Counted from the stretch's first letter, positions 30,372 through 41,315 are shown. The stretch is 64,000 nt of DNA from Saccharolobus solfataricus P2 (GCF_000007005.1 NC_002754.1), one strand, 5' to 3'. Program-made: numbers and translations. The notes: generated from the sequence alone by a model not told the origin.

Positions 30372-31685
30372 ATGATTAGCGTTGCTATTAATACCCAAAC
30401 ACCACCAATAAGATTTTCATTAACCTATAGAGATTTACTGGAAAAATATGGCTACTTAGAGCCTCCAATAGATCTTAACCTACTAAGTAATGATGATTAT
30501 CACATTTCAGTTGGTGGAGTAGCTAAGATGATGCTAAGTCTCATAAAAACTAGAGCCTTCTCGAAATCCAGATGGGTCTCATTGGGACCAGGTTATCCTC
30601 CATCAGTGAAAATGGAAGAAGCAGAAGTTTATTTTGTTGACCTAGATGCTAAATCATTGGCAAACTATACCAGATTTAAAGAGGGACTTTATAACGAAAG
30701 CCATGGATTAAGTAAGTACAATCTTGTTGGAGAAGAATATATAGCCTATGCAAATTATAACTGGCTTTCAGCTCAAAAATTGCTGGAATTTTATAACGAT
30801 ACGGATATTTATTTTATAAATGATTTCCAGCAACTGTTGGTAGGAGGGATAATAGGACCTTCAGCCCCAGCAGTTCTATGGTATCATATACCCTTTGTAC
30901 CAGAAAACCTAAGTAGAAAATTAAAGGAATTTCTAATTAAAGCATTTGAGAGCTTCGATTTGGTAATCTTAAGTACTAAAAGGGACTTGGAGGGTCTTGT
31001 AAGAACTGGAGCTAAGGTTAAAGTTAAACAAATTTACCCGTTCATTGACCCCTCCAGCTATAAGACAGTGGGAAGAAAAGAAATTCAATACATCGAGGAT
31101 AAGTATCAACTGAAAAGCGATGATAAGGTAATTTTAGTTGTAGCAAGAATGGATCCAATGAAAAGCCAAGACTTAGCGATTTCAGCCATAAAAAATGTTG
31201 ATGCCAAATTGGTACTGGCAGGAGATGGTAGTTTTACTAGTAAGACGCTAGGACACGATAAGGGAAGTATGTGGGTTAGTAGGCTAAAGGAGTTAGCTAG
31301 GAGCTTAGGAGTAGAAAATAAGGTAGTATTCACTGGATATGTACCAGATGAAGAATTATTCGCGCTTTATCAGAGGGCTAACGTAGTTCTTTTACCCTCC
31401 AGAATAGAAGGATTCGGACTAGCAGTATGTGAGGGTTGGGTTTATGGGAAGCCTGCTGTTGTAAGTAGTGGTGCCGGTATAAGTGAGCTTATTATAGAGG
31501 GAGGTAACGGCTTTGTATTCAAGTCCGGAAACATTGATGAATTAGCTGAAAAACTTAAGTTAGCGCTGAAAGATGAAAAGGTAGGTTCATTGGGAAAAGA
31601 GACCGTTAAGAAGTGTTCAGTAAGTAATGCTTTAAATGAACTGAAGGAAGGGTTTGAGATAGCATCAGAAGAATATAAGAAATAG
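30372..31685 (+). CDS. GT4-family glycosyltransferase (possible trehalose/trehalose-phosphate synthase)
   Basis: Motifs [14 protein letters not shown] and [10 protein letters not shown]. Divergent from the GH15 gene. Confidence 0.85.
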   Translation: MISVAINTQTPPIRFSLTYRDLLEKYGYLEPPIDLNLLSNDDYHISVGGVAKMMLSLIKTRAFSKSRWVSLGPGYPPSVKMEEAEVYFVDLDAKSLANYTRFKEGLYNESHGLSKYNLVGEEYIAYANYNWLSAQKLLEFYNDTDIYFINDFQQLLVGGIIGPSAPAVLWYHIPFVPENLSRKLKEFLIKAFESFDLVILSTKRDLEGLVRTGAKVKVKQIYPFIDPSSYKTVGRKEIQYIEDKYQLKSDDKVILVVARMDPMKSQDLAISAIKNVDAKLVLAGDGSFTSKTLGHDKGSMWVSRLKELARSLGVENKVVFTGYVPDEELFALYQRANVVLLPSRIEGFGLAVCEGWVYGKPAVVSSGAGISELIIEGGNGFVFKSGNIDELAEKLKLALKDEKVGSLGKETVKKCSVSNALNELKEGFEIASEEYKK

Positions 31686-31688
31686 TTT

Positions 31689-32588
31689 TTAGGGATTATT
31701 GAGCATGGATTTTAGCTTTTCCCACAAGTTGTCTATATATTGTTCTAAAATTTTTATTTGCTCATCAGTTAATTTCTTAAATCTTCCTTGTATGCTTAGA
31801 AAGTCTCTTATAGGTCTTCTAGTCCTCCTATCAAGACAATGTAAACTTTCTGAACTAATGTTTAACTTTCCATTATAATACTCAAATAGAGGCCAGTAGC
31901 AAGTTTGCACTGCTAATTTTGCAACCTCAACGGTCTTTGAAGGATCAAATAGCCAACCATAAGGGTCTGGAGTTAAAACATGAACGTATCTAAAACCTTC
32001 GACTTGCCTAGCCTTTTTTAACTTCTCTATATAATCATGCGGATATCCTACAGATGCAGTAGCCACATAGGGTACATTATGCGCTATCATCAATAGTGGT
32101 AGATTTTTCTTATTTTCCTTTTTTCCCTCTGGAGTTGTTGTGGTTATTGCACCAAACGGAGTTGATCCACTTCTCTGCCCTCCACTATTCATATATGCCT
32201 CGTTGTCCACAGTAAGGTAGAGTATATTGTCATTTCTCTCAGCAGCACCACTTAGTGAGGCGAATCCTATATCAGCACTTCCTCCATCTCCAGCCCAAAC
32301 CACTATAGTGACGTTTTTACCTTTTTGTTTATACGCCCTAGCCAAACCAGCTGCTGTAGCTGGACCAGCTGCAAAAGCAACGTTAACTGTAGGGAAGTTG
32401 TAAGCATTATAAGGCGCATTTCCTTGTATTACCGAGGAACATCCAGCAACTACTACTAGAACTACATCTTTACCTAATCCCATTCCTAGCATTCTCATTG
32501 CCATATTTTCTGGACAACCAGGACAAGCAGAAGTTCCTGATAAGATACCGTTATGCTTATTCAATATCTCTCGGAGTCCTAAGCTCAA
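31689..32588 (-). CDS. porB: 2-oxoacid:ferredoxin oxidoreductase beta subunit
   Basis: Motifs ACPGC, GCSS, WAGDGG and DNEAYMNSGGQRS. Confidence 0.9.
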   Translation of the reverse strand: MSLGLREILNKHNGILSGTSACPGCPENMAMRMLGMGLGKDVVLVVVAGCSSVIQGNAPYNAYNFPTVNVAFAAGPATAAGLARAYKQKGKNVTIVVWAGDGGSADIGFASLSGAAERNDNILYLTVDNEAYMNSGGQRSGSTPFGAITTTTPEGKKENKKNLPLLMIAHNVPYVATASVGYPHDYIEKLKKARQVEGFRYVHVLTPDPYGWLFDPSKTVEVAKLAVQTCYWPLFEYYNGKLNISSESLHCLDRRTRRPIRDFLSIQGRFKKLTDEQIKILEQYIDNLWEKLKSMLNNP

Positions 32589-33759
32589 TTTTCCCTACCT
32601 CCTTTGGATAATACCAAATTACGTCATCCTTTAGGCCTTCTACAAACTTGTTAAATATATATACGAGATCGTTTTTGTTAACTGTAACACCACCCAATCC
32701 ACTTACTACACCTTTTATTTGTGGTACAACATTCGAGATTGTAGACTTTATTTCAACATAAAGCGGACCTCCACCTCTGCCAAAGCTCGTACTCCTATCT
32801 AACACTAGGACCGCCTTTTTATCCTTTAATGTATTTCTTATCTCTTTCTCACTCCAAGGTCTAAGATACCTTATTCTTAACATACCTATTTTTATTCCCT
32901 TCTCCCTTAATGTGTCCACAGCCTCCATTGCATCTCCTGCCCATGCTCCCATTAAAACTACTGCGTAATCAGCATCTTCTAGTTTATACGATACGTTTAG
33001 AGTGGAATAATCTCCCAGTGGATTAATCTTCTTATTGTATTCTCTTCCTATTTCCTTTATTACATCCTCTGAGTTTCTCAGCGCTAGATCTATTGATTCC
33101 CTTAATCTCATATAGCCCTCAGGAGGAAATATATTACCCATACCTACCGGATCTTCTGGATCTATCACATACGGTTGCCTTCTTGGAGGTAAGAAGTCAT
33201 CAACTTGATCCTGATCGGGTATTAGCACATTAGTCTTAGTATGTGAAAGGATAAATCCATCCATACCGATCATCATTGGTAGGAACACTCTTTCGTCTTC
33301 TGAGATCCTAAATGCTTGTAAAGTCAGATCTAATGCTTCTTGTGGATTACTCGCAAATGCCATTATCCATCCACTATCTCTCTCGCTCGTAAAGTCCGTG
33401 TGCTCATTCCATATGTTCCATGGAGCTCCTACGGCTCTAGTACCTACAACCATCACTACTGGTACTCTACTCCCAGCAACCCACCACACCATTTCGTGCA
33501 TGTAAAGTAGACCCTGGGATGCGGTAGCAGTAAAGGCCCTAACACCGCCTAAGGCAGCACCAAACGTTGCAGCCATTGCAGAATGTTCACTCTCGACTCT
33601 CACTATTTCGGTTTCAATTTCACCTTTAGCTCTCATCTCTGCCAATTTCTCAATTATTGTGGTTTGTGGTGTTATTGGGTATATTCCAGTAACTCCTACT
33701 CTCGCTAGTTTTACGCCTAAGGCTACAGCCTCATTTCCGGAAATAATTTTTCTAATCAT
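32557..33759 (-). CDS. porA: 2-oxoacid:ferredoxin oxidoreductase alpha subunit
   Basis: Motifs SGNEAVA, YPITPQT, ESEHSA and TASQGLLYMHE. Confidence 0.9.
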   Translation of the reverse strand: MIRKIISGNEAVALGVKLARVGVTGIYPITPQTTIIEKLAEMRAKGEIETEIVRVESEHSAMAATFGAALGGVRAFTATASQGLLYMHEMVWWVAGSRVPVVMVVGTRAVGAPWNIWNEHTDFTSERDSGWIMAFASNPQEALDLTLQAFRISEDERVFLPMMIGMDGFILSHTKTNVLIPDQDQVDDFLPPRRQPYVIDPEDPVGMGNIFPPEGYMRLRESIDLALRNSEDVIKEIGREYNKKINPLGDYSTLNVSYKLEDADYAVVLMGAWAGDAMEAVDTLREKGIKIGMLRIRYLRPWSEKEIRNTLKDKKAVLVLDRSTSFGRGGGPLYVEIKSTISNVVPQIKGVVSGLGGVTVNKNDLVYIFNKFVEGLKDDVIWYYPKEVGKIELRTPRDIE

Positions 33760-34040
33760 TGTTCACTCACCATACTTATAGCCTTCACTGGACATACATT
33801 CGCACAAACTCCACAACCTTTACAATACTCGTAATCAACTCTTACTTTACCGTTGCTTGGCACTATTGTAGATTCTGGGCAGAACATAAAACACGCTTTA
33901 CAGCCTATGCATTTACTATAGTCAACTACAGGCTTTACTATCCTCCATGCTCCGGTTCTTCCTCCAGCACCCTTATTAGGTCTAGTTATTGGAAAGTACT
34001 GATATTCAAGCAGTGACATACTCGACACCAACTTGTCCAT
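33756..34040 (-). CDS. porD: 2-oxoacid:ferredoxin oxidoreductase delta subunit (2x[4Fe-4S])
   Basis: Motifs TGAWR, CIGCKACFMFCP and CKGCGVCANVCP. The true start may be the internal ATG (MSLLEY). Confidence 0.9.
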   Translation of the reverse strand: MDKLVSSMSLLEYQYFPITRPNKGAGGRTGAWRIVKPVVDYSKCIGCKACFMFCPESTIVPSNGKVRVDYEYCKGCGVCANVCPVKAISMVSEQ

Positions 34041-34560
34041 AGGCTAATCTTGCACCTTTTATGTTGAGTTGAGCTACTTTACCATCAAATTCCTCTTCTA
34101 TTGCTTTCTCAAGTGAAGACAGTTTAGGCATTCCCATTACCCTTATTAGGGCTCCCAAGATAATTACGTTCACCATGGGCCATCCTGATTTCACCAAACC
34201 TAAATCTGTCGCAATTTTGGTTGCATTAACGTAAAAAGTTCTCCACCTAAGATCTGGTTTAGAAGGTGAATTTAATAATATTGTGGAAGTATCTTTTAGT
34301 CCTCTGAATAAACTCCTTGATATTTGGATAAGGGAATTGTCTATTACTACTAAGTAATCTGGTTCTTCAACTGGAGAAGTTACCCTAATAGGCGTATCGG
34401 ATATTCTACAATAAGCCTCTATCTCTGCGCCTCTCCTTTCTGCTCCATAAATGGGAAAAGAAGAAGTATAAAGATTTTCATACCCTGCAGCTTCAGCTAA
34501 TAGCTGGGAAGCCGTTACAACACCTTGTCCACCCCTACCGTGGAATCTTATTTCGAGCAA
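34006..34560 (-). CDS. porG: 2-oxoacid:ferredoxin oxidoreductase gamma subunit
   Basis: Motifs EIRFHGRGGQGVVT and YGAERRG. Confidence 0.9.
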   Translation of the reverse strand: MLEIRFHGRGGQGVVTASQLLAEAAGYENLYTSSFPIYGAERRGAEIEAYCRISDTPIRVTSPVEEPDYLVVIDNSLIQISRSLFRGLKDTSTILLNSPSKPDLRWRTFYVNATKIATDLGLVKSGWPMVNVIILGALIRVMGMPKLSSLEKAIEEEFDGKVAQLNIKGARLAYGQVGVEYVTA

Positions 34561-34623
34561 TAAATGACCACCTATTAGAACTGTATACTCTTCATCATTT
34601 AAAAAACTTACTATAAAAAATGT

Positions 34624-35820
34624 TTAAACTTTAGGTAAGCCGTAATATACAACTTTTTCATAAAACTCTCTCCTATGCGTTACTTCAGAAACAATATTTA
34701 TAATTTCAGTTATGATGATAATTTCGGGGAAAACAATAGAAATTAGTGATATAACTATTGAAGCGACATTAAGGCTCATTCTAACGTTTGACCTTCTATT
34801 ATTAGAAATTATTTCTATTACAAGAGTTATTATTAATGGAATAATAGTTGTTAAATTGTGACTGAAAAAGTACACAATTGGGAGAGACATCGTAAAGATA
34901 CTCCCTATGAACGAAACTGGAGTATCAACATTATACCATGATGGTCTACTTTTCAACATATAGATCATAATACTGGAAATTACTCCAACAGTCAGAAATA
35001 ATATGGCAGGGTAATAAAATAGAGGTTCGGCAATACTCAAAATATAGAATAATATTGCTATCGATGAAAATAATACCTCTCTGCTTAACCAAGAGGTTTT
35101 CAAGTTATAAATAACTCTATAAAACCTATCAGTTTTCCTAGCGTGATTTACAGATAAAAGCAATGAGGCTACTAGTAAGATAACACTCACAATACTCCAG
35201 AGAGGTAATTTAAAAAGGGAATAACCTAACGCGAATTCACTTCCAATCGTAAAGGCTAATAGTCCTAAATAATTCTCCTCTTTCTTAGTATGCAACACAC
35301 TTGCATTGAGAGTTTCCTTTGATTCTGGTTGTTTTATAACAATTCTAGGTTTAGTTATTTCCGAGGGTGGAAGATAATTTACTTCTGCTTCTCCTTTTTC
35401 TATCCAACCGAATGCTAACGCACCAGTAGGACATGCCTCAACACAGTATGGTATTCCCTTTCCCTCCGCTAAACGGTCATAACAAAAGTGACATTTGCTC
35501 ATGACTCCCTCATTATTGAATTTTAACGCTTCATATGGGCACGCCCATGTACAAAATCCACACCCTATACATTTATCATCCCTTATTCTGACTATCCCCA
35601 TTTCGTTCTTCTCAATCGCATTGGCGGGGCATACTTGCATACATGTCGGATTATCGCAATGATTGCAAGCAATAGAAAGTGCTGTTTTACTCTCACCATG
35701 GGTCATTACTATTAGACTTCTCCAGTTAAGGTCCCCGTAAGCTTTATTACAAGCATCTACACAAGCGTTACAAATTATGCACTTATTGTGATCAAATATA
35801 AATCCCAGTTTCCTTTCCAT
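34624..35820 (-). CDS. DmsB-like 4Fe-4S subunit fused to a DmsC-like membrane anchor
   Basis: Four Cys clusters (CIICNAC, CNHCDNPTCMQVCP, CIGCGFCTWACP, KCHFC...CVEACP), then TM segments with SWLSRE. ATG 35820 is preferred over the track start at 35853. Confidence 0.85.
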   Translation of the reverse strand: MERKLGFIFDHNKCIICNACVDACNKAYGDLNWRSLIVMTHGESKTALSIACNHCDNPTCMQVCPANAIEKNEMGIVRIRDDKCIGCGFCTWACPYEALKFNNEGVMSKCHFCYDRLAEGKGIPYCVEACPTGALAFGWIEKGEAEVNYLPPSEITKPRIVIKQPESKETLNASVLHTKKEENYLGLLAFTIGSEFALGYSLFKLPLWSIVSVILLVASLLLSVNHARKTDRFYRVIYNLKTSWLSREVLFSSIAILFYILSIAEPLFYYPAILFLTVGVISSIMIYMLKSRPSWYNVDTPVSFIGSIFTMSLPIVYFFSHNLTTIIPLIITLVIEIISNNRRSNVRMSLNVASIVISLISIVFPEIIIITEIINIVSEVTHRREFYEKVVYYGLPKV

Positions 35821-35886
35821 ATGATAATATCTCGTAAGATAGGTTAATAACATTAGCTTTATATCGATATAAATTGATCAAATTTT

Positions 35887-36135
35887 ATGGAAACACCATT
35901 TTACAAATACGCACTAATGAGGAATTTCATAAGAGAGGCAATTGAACACGAACCTATAGAGAATTTTGTAAAGGAAAAATTAGCTAGCGACTTGGAAATG
36001 AAAAGTAGATTTTGTAATGAAGATGATAATACTTTAAAACAATTAATAAGTGAAGTTATCGAATATGTCACTTTAGGTAAGGGGAAGGGAAAAGAGGATG
36101 AAATACTTAACGCAATAATTAGCTCATGTCATTAA
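35887..36135 (+). CDS. Small hypothetical protein
   Basis: 82-aa acidic helical ORF with an ATG start, convergent with the Mo-hydroxylase gene. Confidence 0.6.
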   Translation: METPFYKYALMRNFIREAIEHEPIENFVKEKLASDLEMKSRFCNEDDNTLKQLISEVIEYVTLGKGKGKEDEILNAIISSCH

Positions 36136-38407
36136 TTAGCTGCAATACATACTCAGGGGTTATTGGTATTTCAACCCTATTGATAGGTTTCTTCACTATA
36201 TCCTCTAAGGCATTAATAATTGCAGCTGGAGGTACAGTTGCTCCTCCTTCAGCAACGCCTTTGGTCCCTAGTGGTGTGAAAGGTGAGGGGTTTATCATAT
36301 GCTGTATCTCGAAATTAGGTACCTCTTCTGCTGAAGGAATCCAATAATCTGCAAAAGAGGTTTGCTTTGGAATTCCGTTTTCATCGTATTCCACTTTTTC
36401 TAAGAGTGATGCTCCTATCCCCATGGTAGTACCTCCCATTAATTGCCCATCGACTATCATGGGGTTTATCATAGTTCCGCAATCACTTAATATCACGTAC
36501 TTGAGGATTTTTATAAACCCTGTATCCTTATCGACCCTAATTACTATACCGTGCGCATTGACACCATAGGTTGTAGAGAAATTCACTCTTCTCTTCTCGT
36601 CTGCAATATTCACGTTATATGAATTGATAGTGACCGAAACATCTAATCCGATCTCATCTCCTATCAAATACGATCTGTTATATATCATATTAACGGCTTC
36701 CTTAACATTAATTGATCTGTTACCTATTTTTACTGTTCCATTATCTATTTTTACATCATCCTTTTCTACGTTAAACATCTTGGCTAAATACTCTCTCATT
36801 TTTTCCTTTAATTTTAGGGAAGCAATGTAAACAGCTGAAATACCTACTACAGAGAACCTACTACCGTAAAATCCAGTACCTGGCGGACCGGCAGTATCAC
36901 CTAAGATGACCTTTACATCCTCAATTGGTATACCTAGAACATCAGCAACCACTTGGGATATTGCAGTCTCATGTCCAGTACCCATAGTATTAGTTGAAAG
37001 AAACACCGTAACATCACCTCCGCTATCTATCCTCATGTAAACTCCTTCATAATAGGGTGTTCTAGGCTTGTTAACTACTAGTGTTTGGAATGCTAATGAA
37101 GATCCAGGTTCTAAGGCGAATGCTATTCCAACTCCCGTGTACTTATCCTTATCCTTAACTTCTAGTTGGCTTATGAGTTTCTTTAATGCCTCTCTGTAAT
37201 TCCCACTGTCGTATATTGCACCGGTTATGTGTTCATAAGGAAGTTTATCGATGAAATTCTTCGTTCTTAATTCTATCTCATCAATGCCATTTACTTTGGA
37301 AATACTTTTCACAAGGTTTTCTAAAACTAGCACTGCCGGTGGGATTCCCAATCCCCTATATGCCCCAGTCGGAGGTTTATTCGTAACTACTCCAGATACT
37401 CTAAACTTGAGGTATTTCATCTTATACGGTCCTACTAGTTGGTATATTTGTCTGAGAATCGGTAAGGGTTGGTAGGTATGTAAATACGCTCCAAAGTCTT
37501 CCACTAGGTCAACTATTGCTCCCAATATTTCATCCCCCTTAAATAGAATCTTGGCAGTGTAATGTCTATCTGGCCCGTGGATTGCAGAAATTACATGCTC
37601 ATATCTAGTCTCTATATACTTTACTGGTCTTCCAGTTAATATCGAAGCTAGGGCGGTCATAGCTAGAGGTTTCAGGAAAATTTTTCCACCAAATCCCCCT
37701 CCAGAATCTGGGACGATAATTCTGACTTTAGATCTAGGAATATTGAAGATAATGCTTAGGGCTGTCTTAAAGACTTGCGGAACTTGCGTATTTGCATATA
37801 TTGTCAAGTTTCCGCTAACCTTATCGAAGTCAGCTATAACCCCATTGGTTTCAAGAGGCGCCGGCAAAATCCTATTATATCTAAACGTCTTTTCTACGTA
37901 GTGGTAATCCTTTGGTTCCTCTCCATATTCGAAAATATCACTATACACAATGTTAGAGCCAAGTTCCTTATGAAGAATAAGTGAATTAGGTTCTATCGCC
38001 TTGAATGGATCAGTTATTGGTTCTATAGGTTCATAATCCACATCAACCAGTTCTAAGGCATCGTAAACCTCATATCTATCCCTACCTAGCACTAACGCTA
38101 TTGGTTCGCCAAAATACTTAGCCTCTTCCTTGGCTAAAATATATTCCTTAGGTGCTCTCTTAGGATCAGGTATGAAAAAATTAGGTAATGGCGAAAATTC
38201 CTTCGTATCTTCAAATGTTATTACGTTAAATCCTCTTTCCTCGGCTCTTTTGGGATCAAGCTTAAATTTAGCCCAAGCGTAATTCGACCTTAATACTGCC
38301 ATGTATTGCATATTTGGTAAGTAAATGTCGTCTATGTATCTACCTTTTCCAGTTAAAAATCGTAAATCTTCAACTCTCTTAACTGAACTACCAATATACA
38401 CGGTCAC
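36119..38407 (-). CDS. Xanthine dehydrogenase-family molybdopterin large subunit (CutA/CoxL-like, not form I CODH)
   Basis: Motifs SGGGFGGK, AYRGLG, GHET, INPMIVDGQLMGG and KGVAEGG. The active-site loop is not AYRCSFR. Confidence 0.88.
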   Translation of the reverse strand: MTVYIGSSVKRVEDLRFLTGKGRYIDDIYLPNMQYMAVLRSNYAWAKFKLDPKRAEERGFNVITFEDTKEFSPLPNFFIPDPKRAPKEYILAKEEAKYFGEPIALVLGRDRYEVYDALELVDVDYEPIEPITDPFKAIEPNSLILHKELGSNIVYSDIFEYGEEPKDYHYVEKTFRYNRILPAPLETNGVIADFDKVSGNLTIYANTQVPQVFKTALSIIFNIPRSKVRIIVPDSGGGFGGKIFLKPLAMTALASILTGRPVKYIETRYEHVISAIHGPDRHYTAKILFKGDEILGAIVDLVEDFGAYLHTYQPLPILRQIYQLVGPYKMKYLKFRVSGVVTNKPPTGAYRGLGIPPAVLVLENLVKSISKVNGIDEIELRTKNFIDKLPYEHITGAIYDSGNYREALKKLISQLEVKDKDKYTGVGIAFALEPGSSLAFQTLVVNKPRTPYYEGVYMRIDSGGDVTVFLSTNTMGTGHETAISQVVADVLGIPIEDVKVILGDTAGPPGTGFYGSRFSVVGISAVYIASLKLKEKMREYLAKMFNVEKDDVKIDNGTVKIGNRSINVKEAVNMIYNRSYLIGDEIGLDVSVTINSYNVNIADEKRRVNFSTTYGVNAHGIVIRVDKDTGFIKILKYVILSDCGTMINPMIVDGQLMGGTTMGIGASLLEKVEYDENGIPKQTSFADYWIPSAEEVPNFEIQHMINPSPFTPLGTKGVAEGGATVPPAAIINALEDIVKKPINRVEIPITPEYVLQLINDMS

Positions 38408-39600
38408 ACCTTATATCCAATGAATTTATTATAGAGGAACCTTGCCGCGCTTATTCTTTGAATATCGTTTGTCCCTTCATATGTTTTCATAATTTGTAAA
38501 TCTCTTAACATTCTCTCCAGTCCGGTAGATGTAGTAACACCGTAACCCCCATATACACTCATAGCCCTTAATATAATCCTCTCAGCAGATTCCGTGGATA
38601 TAAATTTAGCCAATGAAGCAGCAACAGTGTATTCGTTTTCTTTCCCATTTCTAAACAGCGTCCCAGCCCAATATGTTATTAGCCTAGCTACCTCCAAATC
38701 TGCTAATGATTCAGAAACTTTAGTCTGTACTAATTGAAATTCTGCTAGTTTCTTTTCGAATGCAGATCTTTGAAGTGAATAATTAATCATTTTCTCCAAA
38801 GCGGCTTGTCCAATCCCTAATGCTTGTGAAGCAACTATGGTTCTAGCAAAATCAAAAGAACTTACTGCATATTTAAATCCATTACCTTCCTCTCCAAGTA
38901 GATTTTCAGTCTGTACTTTTACATCTTCCAATAAAATCTCGGCAGTATGCGAAGATCTTAGCCCAGTAGTTTCAATTCTACTCACTGGTTTTACAGCATC
39001 CTTCTCTACAACAAACATCGAAATTCCTTTCCATCTAGCCTTAGGATCTGGAGGTGAAGTTCTAGCGGCTATTAAGTAATAATCCGCAATATCGCCATTG
39101 GTTATGAAAATCTTCCTGCCATTTATTACATATTCGCCATCTAATTTCTTTGCAGTTGTCTTTATACCAGCTACATCTGAACCAGCTACTGGTTCAGTAA
39201 CAGCAAATGCTGCTACTTTATCTCCATTGGCAACTGGTATTACATATTTTTTCTTTAGTTCTTCATTTCCAAATCTGGATAACGCATAAATAAACATCCA
39301 ATTTATTAATAGAAATGTGCTGAAAGAGGGCCAAATTCTAGCTATTTCCTCTGTTGCTGTAAGTAAGGACAAATAGTCCGCACCTTGTCCCCCTAAATCT
39401 TGGCTTGCAAATAATCCATATAGACCTATTTCCTTAGCCTTTTGCTTAGCCTCTAAGGGGATATCTAATTCTTTTTCACCTCTTTCCACATACTTCGCCA
39501 ATACATTTTCAGCAAAATCCCTAACTGCACTTCTTAATAATTCATGATCTTGGGTTATTTCTACTTTAAAATCCTCCAAGGACTTAAAAGGAAATACCAT
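38404..39600 (-). CDS. Acyl-CoA dehydrogenase
   Basis: Motifs FAVTEPVAGSD, GRKIFITNG, YSLQRSAF and YEGTNDIQR. Confidence 0.92.
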   Translation of the reverse strand: MVFPFKSLEDFKVEITQDHELLRSAVRDFAENVLAKYVERGEKELDIPLEAKQKAKEIGLYGLFASQDLGGQGADYLSLLTATEEIARIWPSFSTFLLINWMFIYALSRFGNEELKKKYVIPVANGDKVAAFAVTEPVAGSDVAGIKTTAKKLDGEYVINGRKIFITNGDIADYYLIAARTSPPDPKARWKGISMFVVEKDAVKPVSRIETTGLRSSHTAEILLEDVKVQTENLLGEEGNGFKYAVSSFDFARTIVASQALGIGQAALEKMINYSLQRSAFEKKLAEFQLVQTKVSESLADLEVARLITYWAGTLFRNGKENEYTVAASLAKFISTESAERIILRAMSVYGGYGVTTSTGLERMLRDLQIMKTYEGTNDIQRISAARFLYNKFIGYKV

Positions 39601-39625
39601 TAAAATAAAATCGTTTTTATCATTA

Positions 39626-40489
39626 TTATTTTTTCCCTAGCTTACTCAACATAGCTTTACAGAAATCAATCGCGTTGCCTACAACCAAGTAATCTGCATT
39701 TTCAAGTATTGGGGCGTTTTTATCAATATTAACAGCAACTATAATTTTCGAATCCCTTATACCAGCTATATGCTGAGGCTGACCAGATATTCCCAAGGCT
39801 ATATACAATTTTGGCCTAATTCTTAAACCGGATAAACCTATTTGTCTATCTTCTGAAACCCAATTGAGCTCGGCAGCCACTGGTCTGCTTCCACCAACTG
39901 CTCCACCTAATGCCTTTGCCAATTCTTCAGCATATTTTACGTTTTCCTTAGATCCAATTCCTCTTCCCACACCAACTACAATATCTGCAGTAGCTAAATT
40001 AACTCCAGAGGAAGTTGATTTCCTACCGACAATTTTAACCCTACCCTCTTTCAATTGAACCTTCTCTACACTGGGCTGAAGTTCCTTAGGTTGTAATTGC
40101 GTATTTGCAATAGTTATGACAATTGGTAACTCGCTCTCTAGAGTAACTAACCCCATTCCACTATAGGCTACTCTATTTAACGTGACCTTTTTATCTTCAA
40201 CCTTTAGTGAGACTACATCAGTAGCAATAGGTAACTTTAACCTCCCCGCTACTCTTCCAGCTATTGCCCTATCCCTTCTCACATTTCCAGTTAGTATTAC
40301 ATCTGGAGATAGTGAAGATATTAAATCCACAATACCATCTTCATCTATTTTATCAATAATGTATAGTTTATTTACGAACTTAACATTCTCATTGTCGGAT
40401 ATTCCTATTACTTCTCCCCCGAAGCTTTGAGCTACAGCTGCCGCCATTCTCAAGAATACCGGACTTTCCGAGAACACTACAGTTTTCAT
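39626..40489 (-). CDS. etfA: Electron transfer flavoprotein alpha subunit (FixB)
   Basis: Motifs GVGRG, GGSRPV, QIGLSG and GISGQPQHIAG. Confidence 0.92.
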   Translation of the reverse strand: MKTVVFSESPVFLRMAAAVAQSFGGEVIGISDNENVKFVNKLYIIDKIDEDGIVDLISSLSPDVILTGNVRRDRAIAGRVAGRLKLPIATDVVSLKVEDKKVTLNRVAYSGMGLVTLESELPIVITIANTQLQPKELQPSVEKVQLKEGRVKIVGRKSTSSGVNLATADIVVGVGRGIGSKENVKYAEELAKALGGAVGGSRPVAAELNWVSEDRQIGLSGLRIRPKLYIALGISGQPQHIAGIRDSKIIVAVNIDKNAPILENADYLVVGNAIDFCKAMLSKLGKK

Positions 40490-40490
40490 A

Positions 40491-41219
40491 TTAGATCACC
40501 CCATCAGACTTTAAATATTCAATTAATTTATCAACAGCTTTATTAATATCGCTCTCTTCAATAACTATTCTCTTTCTATTCACAATCATTGGTTTAATTT
40601 CCCTTATTCTAACCTTAGATTGTGCGTCGAATTTAACTTCTTTAACTGGTTTCTTAGACGATTCCATGATTTGCTTAACGCTGGGAATTCTGGGAGTATT
40701 TATTTCGCCACCAACACTAACAATTATAGGCAAACTTGATTCTACAGTCTCAAGATAGCTTACCATTCCCCTATCTGCCACAACCTTGTTTCCCTCGATT
40801 TTTAGTGATTTTACGTTAGAAATATAAGGTAGGCCAAGGAGTTCGGAAACATAAGCTGGTAAGGCCGAAGTTCCGCTATCAGTTGTCATTTCTGAAAACA
40901 ATATTATATCTGGATTTAGGGTCTTCACATTTTCAGCTATCGCCATAGCGGTAACGTAAACGTCCGGATCTTTAACTAATATTGCTATTACTTCATCAAC
41001 TCCCATAGCTAAAGCTTCCCTAATGCTCTTTCTATCGTTATTGCCTACTGTAATACCAGTAACCTTACCTCCGAACTTTTCCTTTAACCGTATAGCCTCT
41101 TCAATAGCGTTCTTATCATAAGTGCTTACCTTCAATGGAGCGTCAGTATTTAGTTTATCTCCCACAACCTTAATCATTTGATCGTCCGGAACTATCTTAA
41201 AACCAACAATAATGTTCAT
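40491..41219 (-). CDS. etfB: Electron transfer flavoprotein beta subunit (FixA)
   Basis: Motifs KIVPD, YDKNAIEEAIRL, REALAMGVD and EINTPRIPS. Confidence 0.92.
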   Translation of the reverse strand: MNIIVGFKIVPDDQMIKVVGDKLNTDAPLKVSTYDKNAIEEAIRLKEKFGGKVTGITVGNNDRKSIREALAMGVDEVIAILVKDPDVYVTAMAIAENVKTLNPDIILFSEMTTDSGTSALPAYVSELLGLPYISNVKSLKIEGNKVVADRGMVSYLETVESSLPIIVSVGGEINTPRIPSVKQIMESSKKPVKEVKFDAQSKVRIREIKPMIVNRKRIVIEESDINKAVDKLIEYLKSDGVI

Positions 41220-41315
41220 ATTTTAATTTCAGATTGACTATTTATAAAACTAGTCACAATTTCTGATATTTTAAGCAAAACTTTTTAGCGTTAAAAAGAA
41301 ATATAATGTGAGATT

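Noticed and set aside
36119-38407. Aerobic CO dehydrogenase assignment
   Set aside because: The active-site loop is AYRGLG, not AYRCSFR, and no coxMS or accessory genes are adjacent.
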